From IMG/VR virus record IMGVR_UViG_3300020419_001132: 64,000 nucleotides of DNA. The stretch is one strand, 5' to 3'. The position numbers and the translations under genes are program-made. Source of the stretch: a virus. Its lineage: Duplodnaviria > Caudoviricetes. A model generated the notes under the pieces. It ran no database searches and was not told the DNA's origin. It saw only the letters and a list, made by a program, of their open reading frames with translations. Shown piece after piece: positions 28,219 to 36,415 of the stretch. Position 1 is the stretch's first letter; every line of letters begins with the position of its first letter.

Positions 28219-28755
28219 TTAAAACTCCATGTCTGCGGCAACAATAAACCTATCATCTTCAGACTGTAAAACACCAGGACGATGCCAAATTTTTCCTGGA
28301 TAAATCATCCATTGACCTGTTTTCCACTCTGCAAAGTATTTACTGTTATTAACACCTTCTGGTGCTAGTTCTGTACCTGCTTTTTCTTTATCTTTTACAT
28401 CATCTGGTAGATGCAAGTAATAAACTCCACTTACAGTAATTGTTGCATCGTTATGATTATGGTGGTGCCATAATGTGTCACGATCTTCAGGATATTTTAG
28501 TGAAGTCATATAACTCCAAGACTGTATCTGTTTAATTTGCACTTCACGTTTTAGATATGCAAAGCAAGACCAAATAAAACTCATTTTTAAGTTTATAAAA
28601 TCTTCTGTTGCAGTTCCAAAAACATTCCAATTGGTTTGGTACTTAGGACTATTTTCCCAAAAACGTCCTGCATCGATACCATCTTTGATTTCTGCTCGAA
28701 TACGTTGTCGGGAGTCATTTCCTATCAACATATTCCAGTCAAAGTATTCATGCAT
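28219..28755 (-). CDS. 2OG-Fe(II) oxygenase-like protein
   Basis: WHHHNH, VSGVYYL, IYPGKIWH, RFIVA. Confidence 0.75.
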   Translation of the reverse strand: MHEYFDWNMLIGNDSRQRIRAEIKDGIDAGRFWENSPKYQTNWNVFGTATEDFINLKMSFIWSCFAYLKREVQIKQIQSWSYMTSLKYPEDRDTLWHHHNHNDATITVSGVYYLHLPDDVKDKEKAGTELAPEGVNNSKYFAEWKTGQWMIYPGKIWHRPGVLQSEDDRFIVAADMEF

Positions 28756-28832
28756 TTATTAACTTACACCCTTGTTTAATGTTATATTTAATCCAATCAA
28801 AACAGTACATTGTATTTCTTGAACTTTAATAT

Positions 28833-28861
28833 ATAGTAGCACAACTGATTAGGCTTGTCAA
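28833..28861 (-). promoter_or_regulatory. Sigma70-type promoter
   Basis: TTGACA-17-TACTAT heading the oxygenase-to-pseudoazurin operon. Confidence 0.7.
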
Positions 28862-28891
28862 CTAAATATTTGAATACAAAGGAAAAAACTT

Positions 28892-29251
28892 TTGGAACTA
28901 TTACTACTCCTTTTACTTAAACATGCATTTGCAGATTTATTTTTACAATCATTTCATAAAGGAATAAACAAAGAGCATTACATAGGTAACGGACATAGGC
29001 ACTATTTAGAACATGGAATGCTTACTATTATAGTCCTCTTTCTTTTCGTATCGCCTGAATTCGCTTTTTTAGCTGGTGCGATAGATTATCTTGCTCACTG
29101 GCATATTGACTTTCTGAAACATCGGATAATATCATATTACGAAGTGATCCGGGATGGTAAGGTTTTTTGGGCGATACAGGCAATTGATCAGGCTTTACAC
29201 TACTGTACCTATTATGCAATTCTTGTCTTGCTTTTGCTATTCTTTCCCTAA
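28892..29251 (+). CDS. DUF3307 family membrane protein
   Basis: KHAFADLFLQ, HYLEHG, HWHID, DQALH; TAAATA at 28863-68 and an SD. Confidence 0.8.
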   Translation: MELLLLLLLKHAFADLFLQSFHKGINKEHYIGNGHRHYLEHGMLTIIVLFLFVSPEFAFLAGAIDYLAHWHIDFLKHRIISYYEVIRDGKVFWAIQAIDQALHYCTYYAILVLLLLFFP

Positions 29252-29254
29252 GAT

Positions 29255-29521
29255 TCATTTTTTAGGCTGTTCTTCTTTTTTAATTTCATTTTCAAACTTT
29301 TTATCTTTTGCATCATCTTTCCATCTAGGTTGTTCTCTTTGATCTAGTTGTGCTTTAAATTTTTTTATTACTGACTTGTTGTTTCCTGATCGCGTAATAA
29401 ACATCTTAATAGCAATATATCCATCTCCTTTAAATATTAATTTTCCATTATCATATAGAATAGCTCTTGACGAGTTGGTCAAGTCAAGTTCTATATTTTG
29501 AAATGTATATCGCACTCCCAT
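29255..29521 (-). CDS. Hypothetical protein
   Basis: Start moved to ATG 29521 (MGVRY), 5 nt after TAAATA. Confidence 0.65.
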   Translation of the reverse strand: MGVRYTFQNIELDLTNSSRAILYDNGKLIFKGDGYIAIKMFITRSGNNKSVIKKFKAQLDQREQPRWKDDAKDKKFENEIKKEEQPKK

Positions 29522-29526
29522 AAAAA

Positions 29527-29532
29527 TATTTA
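29527..29532 (-). promoter_or_regulatory. Late promoter TAAATA, predicted leaderless start
   Basis: TAAATA-TTTTT-ATG(29521). Confidence 0.55.
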
Positions 29533-29766
29533 GTAATCGTACAGTAAAGTATTCTCTGAATTCACATATACTGGTTTGCAATAAGCAGTAACTCTATCTT
29601 TTGGATCTACAAGCGAAGAATAAGAATAGTTTCCATACTGTCGAGGAAGTTTTTTTGCATAATATTGGCATACATTAATACTTCTAAAGATCATAGGATT
29701 AGGTTGTTGCTTACGGAATTCTCCTGTGCCAAGAATTACAACAAGCATGAACGCATGAGTCATCAT
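29530..29766 (-). CDS. Small exported protein
   Basis: 78 aa, hydrophobic N-terminus, Cys pair. Confidence 0.6.
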   Translation of the reverse strand: MMTHAFMLVVILGTGEFRKQQPNPMIFRSINVCQYYAKKLPRQYGNYSYSSLVDPKDRVTAYCKPVYVNSENTLLYDY

Positions 29767-29948
29767 TTATCTAACTTATTATATACAAGATCGTCATTAA
29801 ATTTTACAATCAAATATAATATCCCTAGTGCTAACCAAACCCAGTTGTGCCAAGACCATGGTAAAAACATATGATACCAAAATTCATAATTGAACGGGTG
29901 CATGGTACTATAGTCTGTTAATCCTGTATCATAGTAATGTATATCCAT
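29763..29948 (-). CDS. Small membrane protein
   Basis: 61 aa, Trp-rich TM. Confidence 0.55.
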   Translation of the reverse strand: MDIHYYDTGLTDYSTMHPFNYEFWYHMFLPWSWHNWVWLALGILYLIVKFNDDLVYNKLDK

Positions 29949-29950
29949 TT

Positions 29951-30241
29951 TTACCTCTTATCACAATAAACCATCTTAGGGCACATATTATGTTCTCCTA
30001 CAGTTACAACATCATGAACATCTGACTTAGGATGATCATATATACATTGCCAAGCCTGTGCGTCTTCATTGCGTTCGACTTTAACAAATCTACAAGGTAT
30101 TTTACGTTCGTTTAATTTACCGTGGATTTTACCCTTGCCTGTTGGTACAGGAGTTCCTCTCTGTTCTTCTTCTTTACACCCAACTAGAGGAAGGATTAAA
30201 ATAGAAATTAATAAAATTAATCGTAACTTACCAATTTCCAT
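29951..30241 (-). CDS. Putative lipoprotein
   Basis: Lipobox LVGC; additional Cys residues. Confidence 0.65.
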   Translation of the reverse strand: MEIGKLRLILLISILILPLVGCKEEEQRGTPVPTGKGKIHGKLNERKIPCRFVKVERNEDAQAWQCIYDHPKSDVHDVVTVGEHNMCPKMVYCDKR

Positions 30242-30710
30242 GTTTTAGACCATATAAGTATATTAGAAAACCTATAAAACCTAAGATAGCTCCTACAGCA
30301 AGTATAATTGCAATAATTTCAAGTACCTTTCTTCGGTATTCTTCTTGATCATAAATTGCCTGCTGTCTTTTCTTTCTAATGTCGCCTTCTGTTTTTAGGA
30401 GTTCGTCCCAAGCTGACATTCCTCTTGTCATAGTAATGATTTGCTTCAACTGATCACGCATGTCTTCAGCTTTTTTCTTAGCCATAAAAGCCGCCATTGC
30501 TTCCTCTTCAACAGAACCTGACTGAAAAAGTTTTTTGAATAACGGAGGCTTTTTTGAATACTCTTCAGACTTTTTAATATCTGAAACAGCACCCATCCAA
30601 CGCCCTAAATCTCCAGCCATAGATTCTATTTCTCGGCCAGCTGAAAATCCTTGCTTGATCGTGTTGAAGGCCGCCGTTGCGGTGGCCACTGCCGTGATTG
30701 GATCAATCAT
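30228..30710 (-). CDS. Membrane-anchored coiled-coil protein
   Basis: MIDPITAVATATAAF N-terminus, coiled coil, C-terminal TM. Confidence 0.75.
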   Translation of the reverse strand: MIDPITAVATATAAFNTIKQGFSAGREIESMAGDLGRWMGAVSDIKKSEEYSKKPPLFKKLFQSGSVEEEAMAAFMAKKKAEDMRDQLKQIITMTRGMSAWDELLKTEGDIRKKRQQAIYDQEEYRRKVLEIIAIILAVGAILGFIGFLIYLYGLKHGNW

Positions 30711-30780
30711 ATGATTATAGCCCTCATTGCTCTGCTACAATGGTATTTACGTAATCAGATAATAGGATTAAAGTAGTAGT

Positions 30781-31785
30781 TTATATGGCAAATTCCATCT
30801 GTGGATGGACTGTTTGTTCTGAACCGTATAGTTGTACTGCTTGAGTTTTCAGTACACCACTTACATCTACTGCTTCATTAAAGAACAAGCTATGTGCCTT
30901 AGGCCCATCTAACAATAACATTGCATCAAAGTTACTCATTCTTTTGTAGTTTGTAAACGATAATAGACCCCACTCATGTCTAATTTGATTAGCATCACCG
31001 GATATGATTGCATTTTTCAACTGAGCTACTTCGCCCTTTTCCATATAAGCAAAGGCACCTGAAATAATAGCTTCTGCAAGTCCTGGTAAATTCTTAGGGT
31101 CTATTGTGCCTCTAATGTCTCTTACAAATTTGATAGCAGTTACAGATTTGACAGTATCAGTATCAAAGCCTGCCTGTTTAAATGCGGCTTCTACTGCTCT
31201 TTGATTAAACTTGGCTTTTCTTGCGTCTTGGAATCTACCTCCTGAGCTTTGTTTAGCTTTTACTTCAGTCATGACTCCGTCTATTACAAGGTCGCCAGCA
31301 AACTCTGCAGATCTGCCTGCAAATTGTATAGTAGGACTTAATACTGCTAGAGCAAATTCTCCTGCTCCTATGCCTTGGGGTGTGTAGGTGTAAATATTTG
31401 AAAACACTCTTTTTACAAATGCATCTCCCATTAGCCATTCGTCGAATGAATGCACTTGGTTAGGTGTTCTAAGTTTTTCACTGTCAATATATCCGCCCTC
31501 AAAGTTGTTAAGAAAGTTTTCCTTTTCAACATAGGTGCCCTGTGTATTCATTATGTATCCTGCAAACACCTGTAGCTTTGATTTTGCATCTTGGTCTTGT
31601 GATAGTGTTGCGGCAATACGTTCGTCTAATGTAGATTTTTCTAATGCTTGGTATATTCTGTCAAGCATTTCTCTATCTTTTTCTGTTGCTAACCTCTTTA
31701 CGATGATATCTTTTAATTGATCATCAGAAATATTAGGATCATATTCTAAAAGAGTTGCATTAGGTGTGAATTCACTGTATCGCAT
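30781..31785 (-). CDS. Putative head-internal protein with PD-(D/E)xK nuclease-like domain
   Basis: MRYSEF...LLE N-terminus; GAGEFAL...GDLVIDGVMTEVKAK catalytic-like motif. Confidence 0.6.
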   Translation of the reverse strand: MRYSEFTPNATLLEYDPNISDDQLKDIIVKRLATEKDREMLDRIYQALEKSTLDERIAATLSQDQDAKSKLQVFAGYIMNTQGTYVEKENFLNNFEGGYIDSEKLRTPNQVHSFDEWLMGDAFVKRVFSNIYTYTPQGIGAGEFALAVLSPTIQFAGRSAEFAGDLVIDGVMTEVKAKQSSGGRFQDARKAKFNQRAVEAAFKQAGFDTDTVKSVTAIKFVRDIRGTIDPKNLPGLAEAIISGAFAYMEKGEVAQLKNAIISGDANQIRHEWGLLSFTNYKRMSNFDAMLLLDGPKAHSLFFNEAVDVSGVLKTQAVQLYGSEQTVHPQMEFAI

Positions 31786-31790
31786 AAAAG

Positions 31791-31796
31791 TATTTA
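31791..31796 (-). promoter_or_regulatory. Late promoter TAAATA, predicted leaderless start
   Basis: TAAATA-CTTTT-ATG(31785), overlapping the pcyX stop. Confidence 0.6.
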
Positions 31797-32489
31797 TGCA
31801 ATTTTAGGAAACAGCATATCAGTGCAGAACTTATCTACATCGGCTTCGTTAAGTCCTAAACTTTTCATTGTCTTAGGTGTATGCGGATTTTGTTGCTGAT
31901 TTTCACAATAGTAGTTCTGACATGCTATTGTAAAATCTCTATCTCCGTAGCCAGTATATTCAGGTATTTCTTTAAAGTATGCTCTTAAATTATCTACTGC
32001 TAAGTCAACAATAGAAGTAGCTTCTTCTTCTGTTCTTACATTACCTGCGGCGATCATAGAGTCTGAAAAAATATTTTGTGCCCACTCTGGTAATTCTCTT
32101 TTTTTACTAGGAATGTAATCTTTGACTGCATCTTTATATCCTACTATCATAGGATGATCTTCTCCGCCCGAACTTGCACTAAAATCGTGGAATGCACCAG
32201 TCATTTTTTTAGCACCTGCAATAACATCGAATCCATATATAGGACCATCATTTGTTAGTTCTGGAAATATACAAACATGCATCATCCAAAGACCTTTAGT
32301 CTTTCTAGCATCTACAACATCAATATGAGCTCTTCTGATATACTCATTTCTCCAGACACGATTAATCCATCCTCCGTCTGGGTTATTAAAGTAATCTAAT
32401 CCTGGTTCTTGAAATTCTGTTGCTTGTTCATCAAAGATTTGAATGATATCGTTTTGGCACTCAATCAGTTTCTTCCATATAATGCTCAA
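31794..32489 (-). CDS. pcyX: Ferredoxin-dependent bilin reductase (PcyA/PcyX-like)
   Basis: RRAHIDVVD, MMHVCIFP, PIYGFDVIAG, LPEWAQNIFS, QNYYCENQQQNPHT; directly downstream of a heme oxygenase. Confidence 0.8.
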   Translation of the reverse strand: MSIIWKKLIECQNDIIQIFDEQATEFQEPGLDYFNNPDGGWINRVWRNEYIRRAHIDVVDARKTKGLWMMHVCIFPELTNDGPIYGFDVIAGAKKMTGAFHDFSASSGGEDHPMIVGYKDAVKDYIPSKKRELPEWAQNIFSDSMIAAGNVRTEEEATSIVDLAVDNLRAYFKEIPEYTGYGDRDFTIACQNYYCENQQQNPHTPKTMKSLGLNEADVDKFCTDMLFPKIA

Positions 32490-33036
32490 TATCTAACTCC
32501 ATCATTTCTTGAAATACTTTAGTAGCTGACATAAACGCGAACTGAGCTTCGTCTACCATGCCGTCATTTGTTCTATCTCTAATTGTGTCTTTAATTTCTT
32601 TAAGTGGAACATCAGTATCGAATTCATACATACGTCCTTGTCCTGGAACTTTACGTTTAATCATTTGTCCGCCACTTAGATCTCCCATATGATATGTGTA
32701 TACATGTGCCATAATAGAGTCTGGATCATGCATTACGTCTTTCATATGCATAATATATTCATTTGTTGCATTTAGTATCACAGGTGGGCTGTCTTCGTTG
32801 GTCCATAATTCTAAGAAATCTTCTTCAATACGCATTTTTCTTTTTATGTCTGGCATTCCGTCTAACAATCCATGTGTGTTTGCCAGTGCTTCTAGTAGAT
32901 CATATTTTTTATGTTGATTCCATAAAAACGTTGCGTAAAATTTAGGATTAATCTTTCCACTTAGTAAGACTTTAACAAATGCTTGGCGTTCAGCATCTTT
33001 ATGATGCTCCCAAGTAAGTTCTTTTAAATTGCTCAT
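32461..33036 (-). CDS. hemO: Heme oxygenase
   Basis: LKELTWEHHKDAE (proximal His), HVYTYHMGDLSGGQMI. Confidence 0.9.
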   Translation of the reverse strand: MSNLKELTWEHHKDAERQAFVKVLLSGKINPKFYATFLWNQHKKYDLLEALANTHGLLDGMPDIKRKMRIEEDFLELWTNEDSPPVILNATNEYIMHMKDVMHDPDSIMAHVYTYHMGDLSGGQMIKRKVPGQGRMYEFDTDVPLKEIKDTIRDRTNDGMVDEAQFAFMSATKVFQEMMELDIEHYMEETD

Positions 33037-33046
33037 GTAAAACCTT

Positions 33047-33358
33047 TTATGCTTTTTCTATCTTGATATTTAGTGGGAAGCCTGAATTTCTTGATAACAA
33101 AGTGGCTTCTGTACCTTTTTGTTCTGCAATTTCAAAGGAAAATGTTCCAGCTATTCCACTTCCATCAGTATGTATGTCTAATGTAAGTTTTTCAGCTGTC
33201 TCTCTGCTATGTCTAAATACACCCATTAATACTTCTATTACAAATTCCATAGGTGTGTGATCATCGTTCAATAGAACCACATTCCATTTACCTGGCTCGA
33301 TTACAATACGTTCGATCTTTTCGTCTAATTTAACTTCTGTGTCTGTTGCTACTGTCAT
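33047..33358 (-). CDS. clpS: N-end rule adaptor ClpS
   Basis: VVLLNDDHTPMEFVIEVL, LDIHTDG, AEQK, FPL. Confidence 0.93.
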   Translation of the reverse strand: MTVATDTEVKLDEKIERIVIEPGKWNVVLLNDDHTPMEFVIEVLMGVFRHSRETAEKLTLDIHTDGSGIAGTFSFEIAEQKGTEATLLSRNSGFPLNIKIEKA

Positions 33359-33374
33359 AATAAATCCTTTATTA

Positions 33375-33400
33375 GTTTAGGGGGACCAAGCCCCCTAAAC
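33375..33400. other. Perfect 10-bp hairpin between hsp20 and clpS
   Basis: GTTTAGGGGG-ACCAAG-CCCCCTAAAC; no U-tract on the coding strand, so attenuator or stability element rather than a clear terminator. Confidence 0.6.
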
Positions 33401-33410
33401 ATTTCCCTAA

Positions 33411-33866
33411 TTAACCTTCGATAGTTGGACCTGTATTGATCTCAATTTTCTTTGGTTTCATTTCCTCAGGAACATTTCTAACTAGATGTACGTTTAACAT
33501 ACCATTCTCTAGTCTTGCTGATTTAACATCAACATGTTCTGCAAGAGTAAATTCTCTTACAAAGTTTCTTCCTGCGATACCTCTATGGACGTAGTTTACG
33601 TCTTCATCACCCTTAGGTGTGTTACCTTCAATTTTAAGAACATCTTTGTCCTTTTCAATTGAAAGGTTATCCATACTAAAGCCAGCAACTGCTAATGAGA
33701 CCATAAATTCGTCATCATTTAGTTTTGCTATATTGTATGGGGGATATCCGCCAGATCCATTTGAAGGACTATTTTCAAATACTCTGTCCATTTGATCGAA
33801 CAGATTATCAAATCCAATAAATTGTCTGTGGAATGTGGGAAGGTTTAGTGTAGTTAGTCTTGTCAT
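33411..33866 (-). CDS. Small heat-shock protein Hsp20 (IbpA-like)
   Basis: FIGFDNLFD, GYPPYNI, AVAGF, YVHRGIAGRNF, LENGML; start MTRL after AAGGAG. Confidence 0.95.
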   Translation of the reverse strand: MTRLTTLNLPTFHRQFIGFDNLFDQMDRVFENSPSNGSGGYPPYNIAKLNDDEFMVSLAVAGFSMDNLSIEKDKDVLKIEGNTPKGDEDVNYVHRGIAGRNFVREFTLAEHVDVKSARLENGMLNVHLVRNVPEEMKPKKIEINTGPTIEG

Positions 33867-33946
33867 TGTTTTCTCCTTTATAAGCAAGTTAACATATTTG
33901 GGCTCATGCCCTGTTAAAAATACCCAACCCTTGGCATATCCTTAAC
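33867..33946 (-). promoter_or_regulatory. ROSE-like RNA thermometer in the hsp20 5' UTR
   Basis: CUUGCU-UAUAA-AGGAG pairs the U(U/C)GCU motif with the SD, bulged G; TAAATA box at 33952-57. Confidence 0.55.
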
Positions 33947-33963
33947 ACTTTTATTTATCCCTC

Positions 33964-35079
33964 TTATACATCAAAGGGAGTAAATATCTGGTTTACTTGT
34001 TGTGTACAACGTACAAATGTTGTGCATTTAGACATATCTTTTAGCCTTCTAGCACCAATATATGTGCATGTAGATCGTACACCACCTAAAATTTCTGTTA
34101 ATGTGTCTGTAACTTCACCTTTATATGGAATAGAAACAACCTTACCTTCTGCTCCTCTATAACCATCTTTTCGTGTTCCATGTGTAGCCATAGCCGCATC
34201 TGAACTCATTCCGTAAAATTGAACAAAACTCTGTTCGGCAAAATGTGGGACATAAGTTCCACTTTCTGCTTTGAATGCTCCTCCAGTAGCAGTATGCTTT
34301 GTTATAATATCACCGCCACCTTCTTTGTGTCCTGCTAACATTCCACCAAGCATTACAAAATGAGCTCCTGCTCCAAATGCTTTACTAACATCTCCAGGAT
34401 ATACACATCCTCCATCAGCAATCATATGTCCGCCTATACCATTAGCCGCATCAGCACATTCAATTATTCCTGAGAGTTGTGGTACTCCTACTCCGGTCAT
34501 CAAACGTGTAGTACAAACACTACCTGGTCCAATACCACATTTTACAATATCTGCTCCACGTATAATTAGTTCTTCAACCATTTCTGCGGAAATAACGTTT
34601 CCTGCAATAATTGTTTTATCCGGGTAGGCATCACGTAACCTAGCAATAAATTCTGCATAGTTTTCATGATATGCATTGGCTACGTCTACTGTTATAAACT
34701 TAATGTCAGGATACATTTTTAAGACTGCTTTCATTGTAGCATAATCCTTAGCATCAGGATCCCATATGACTCCAGTTCCTGTGCATACACTAAGATATTT
34801 CATCTTAACGCCTTCACTTTGTTCTTTCCAATCATCAAGTGAATAGTGTTTTCGCATGACGGTAATCATTTTGTGTTCTTGTAATACTTTAGCCATTTCA
34901 AATGTACCTACGCCGTCCATATTACTTGACATAATAGGAATACCAGTCCATTCATTTCCACTATTATGAAACTTAAATGTTCTTGTCAGATCAACATCTC
35001 GTCTACTTTCTAACTTACTTCTTTTGGGCTTGAATAGTACGTCTTTAAAATCCAGTTTTGTATCTTCTTCAATCCTCAT
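33964..35079 (-). CDS. guaC: GMP reductase
   Basis: KLDFKDVLFKPKRS, PIMSSNMD, GIGPGSVCTTR, RGAEGK. Confidence 0.95.
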   Translation of the reverse strand: MRIEEDTKLDFKDVLFKPKRSKLESRRDVDLTRTFKFHNSGNEWTGIPIMSSNMDGVGTFEMAKVLQEHKMITVMRKHYSLDDWKEQSEGVKMKYLSVCTGTGVIWDPDAKDYATMKAVLKMYPDIKFITVDVANAYHENYAEFIARLRDAYPDKTIIAGNVISAEMVEELIIRGADIVKCGIGPGSVCTTRLMTGVGVPQLSGIIECADAANGIGGHMIADGGCVYPGDVSKAFGAGAHFVMLGGMLAGHKEGGGDIITKHTATGGAFKAESGTYVPHFAEQSFVQFYGMSSDAAMATHGTRKDGYRGAEGKVVSIPYKGEVTDTLTEILGGVRSTCTYIGARRLKDMSKCTTFVRCTQQVNQIFTPFDV

Positions 35080-35662
35080 CTTTTATCTCCTTTGGACCAT
35101 AATTAAAAGAAATGCTTATCCTGTCTGTGTTAGATTGGTTACCTTCAACTTTGTGTTTTAGCCATCCTGGAAAAACATAAAGAGCTCCTGTTTTACAGGC
35201 ATAGGTAGCCATCGTTGATGTAAAGTAAGTTGACTTTTCTACAACATCAGGAATGTGGTATTCTGCTCCGTCGTTCCTTTCAAACTGTATGTTGCCTTGC
35301 ATTTTCTCTCCGTGTATATAATATACACCACTAAGGGTAGCACCTACATGATTATGCAAATGGTTGTAACTTCCAGGAGGATTTATGTTCAACCAAATAT
35401 TCATAATACTTAAAGGTCCTAGACCAGTCTGCCTAGCACAATTATCAACCTCCATGTTCAGGTGTGATACCAATCTATCAATATTAGCTGACTGCCCTGG
35501 AAGTATATCTGAACTTTGGTATCCGCCGTAGTTACTTACTGTTCTACCTACATCGTTTTGTTTACGATCATATGCCCATGTTTTAAATTCTTGATTATCT
35601 ACCACGTGTATAACACTAGACCATACTACACTCGGAAACCATAACTCTGTGTGCATAGCCAT
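35069..35662 (-). CDS. 2OG-Fe(II) oxygenase (TIGR02466-like)
   Basis: YNHLHNH...LSGVYY, FPGWLKH, RISISFN. Confidence 0.85.
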   Translation of the reverse strand: MAMHTELWFPSVVWSSVIHVVDNQEFKTWAYDRKQNDVGRTVSNYGGYQSSDILPGQSANIDRLVSHLNMEVDNCARQTGLGPLSIMNIWLNINPPGSYNHLHNHVGATLSGVYYIHGEKMQGNIQFERNDGAEYHIPDVVEKSTYFTSTMATYACKTGALYVFPGWLKHKVEGNQSNTDRISISFNYGPKEIKDED

Positions 35663-35664
35663 TA

Positions 35665-35937
35665 CTAGTATCCACGATCTAATTTATCTTTGGCTTGTTT
35701 TTTAAGCCATCTTGCCCTGCCTGCGGCTTTTGCCTTTGCACGTTTTTCACTAGGTTTAACGTATGCTTGACGCTCACGTACTTCCTGTATAATTCCTGCT
35801 TCTTGTACTTTCTTTTTAAATTTTCTAAGTGCACCATTTACATCGTTATTTCTTACAATAACTTCAATTCCTCCGCTATGCGAAAAATCACGTTCTTTGT
35901 ATTCTCGCCCCCTACGTTTGTTGTTGTTAAATCTCAA
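35665..35937 (-). CDS. rpsU: Ribosomal protein bS21 with N-terminal extension
   Basis: IEVIVRNNDVNGALRKFKKKV...RERQAYVKPSEKR. Confidence 0.9.
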   Translation of the reverse strand: MRFNNNKRRGREYKERDFSHSGGIEVIVRNNDVNGALRKFKKKVQEAGIIQEVRERQAYVKPSEKRAKAKAAGRARWLKKQAKDKLDRGY

Positions 35938-36325
35938 ATTTACCTCCTGTTAGTTTATCTTTGATTTGATTTACTTCAAATATTCTATTTAAACTTATCT
36001 TATTATACAACATATTATCACCGTTTGTCAACCAATAAGTATTATCATAACTAATTAAATAGCTCATAATACTTCTAGTTTCTACATCGAAATCGTCCAA
36101 ATTAGCTATACATATATCTGACATTCTATGTACCTTAAGTAGCCAATCAGTATCTAGTGATCGTTCTTCGCTATTCTCGTAAACATATATGTTTACAGTT
36201 TCTTTTACTTCTTCTAAGATTGATTGGAGATCGCTTTTAATTTGATTATTTGGATGTATCAACAATATACTTTTTGACTTATTATAAAGGATGTCGGGTG
36301 CGGTAATTAAATTAATTTTGCTCAT
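35927..36325 (-). CDS. Hypothetical protein
   Basis: 132 aa coupled to its neighbours. Confidence 0.7.
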   Translation of the reverse strand: MSKINLITAPDILYNKSKSILLIHPNNQIKSDLQSILEEVKETVNIYVYENSEERSLDTDWLLKVHRMSDICIANLDDFDVETRSIMSYLISYDNTYWLTNGDNMLYNKISLNRIFEVNQIKDKLTGGKFEI

Positions 36326-36415
36326 CGTTCTTTATTTTTTGCCAAATAGATTTGTCATTTTGTTCTTCGTTTTGTATATATGTGTTTGGTTCAATCACTT
36401 CAGTAAGATCAGGCT

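Noticed and set aside
28748-28810. 20-aa mini-ORF (MYCFDWIKYNIKQGCKLINA) overlapping the oxygenase start
   Set aside because: No SD or recognisable motif; cannot be distinguished from chance.
31794-33036. Cyanophage identity based on the bilin genes
   Set aside because: No photosynthesis genes in the window; tmRNA type, pseudoazurin and zf-CHCC point to an alphaproteobacterial host.
33375-33400. Hairpin after hsp20 as an intrinsic terminator
   Set aside because: Followed by TAATAAAGG rather than a U-tract on the coding strand.
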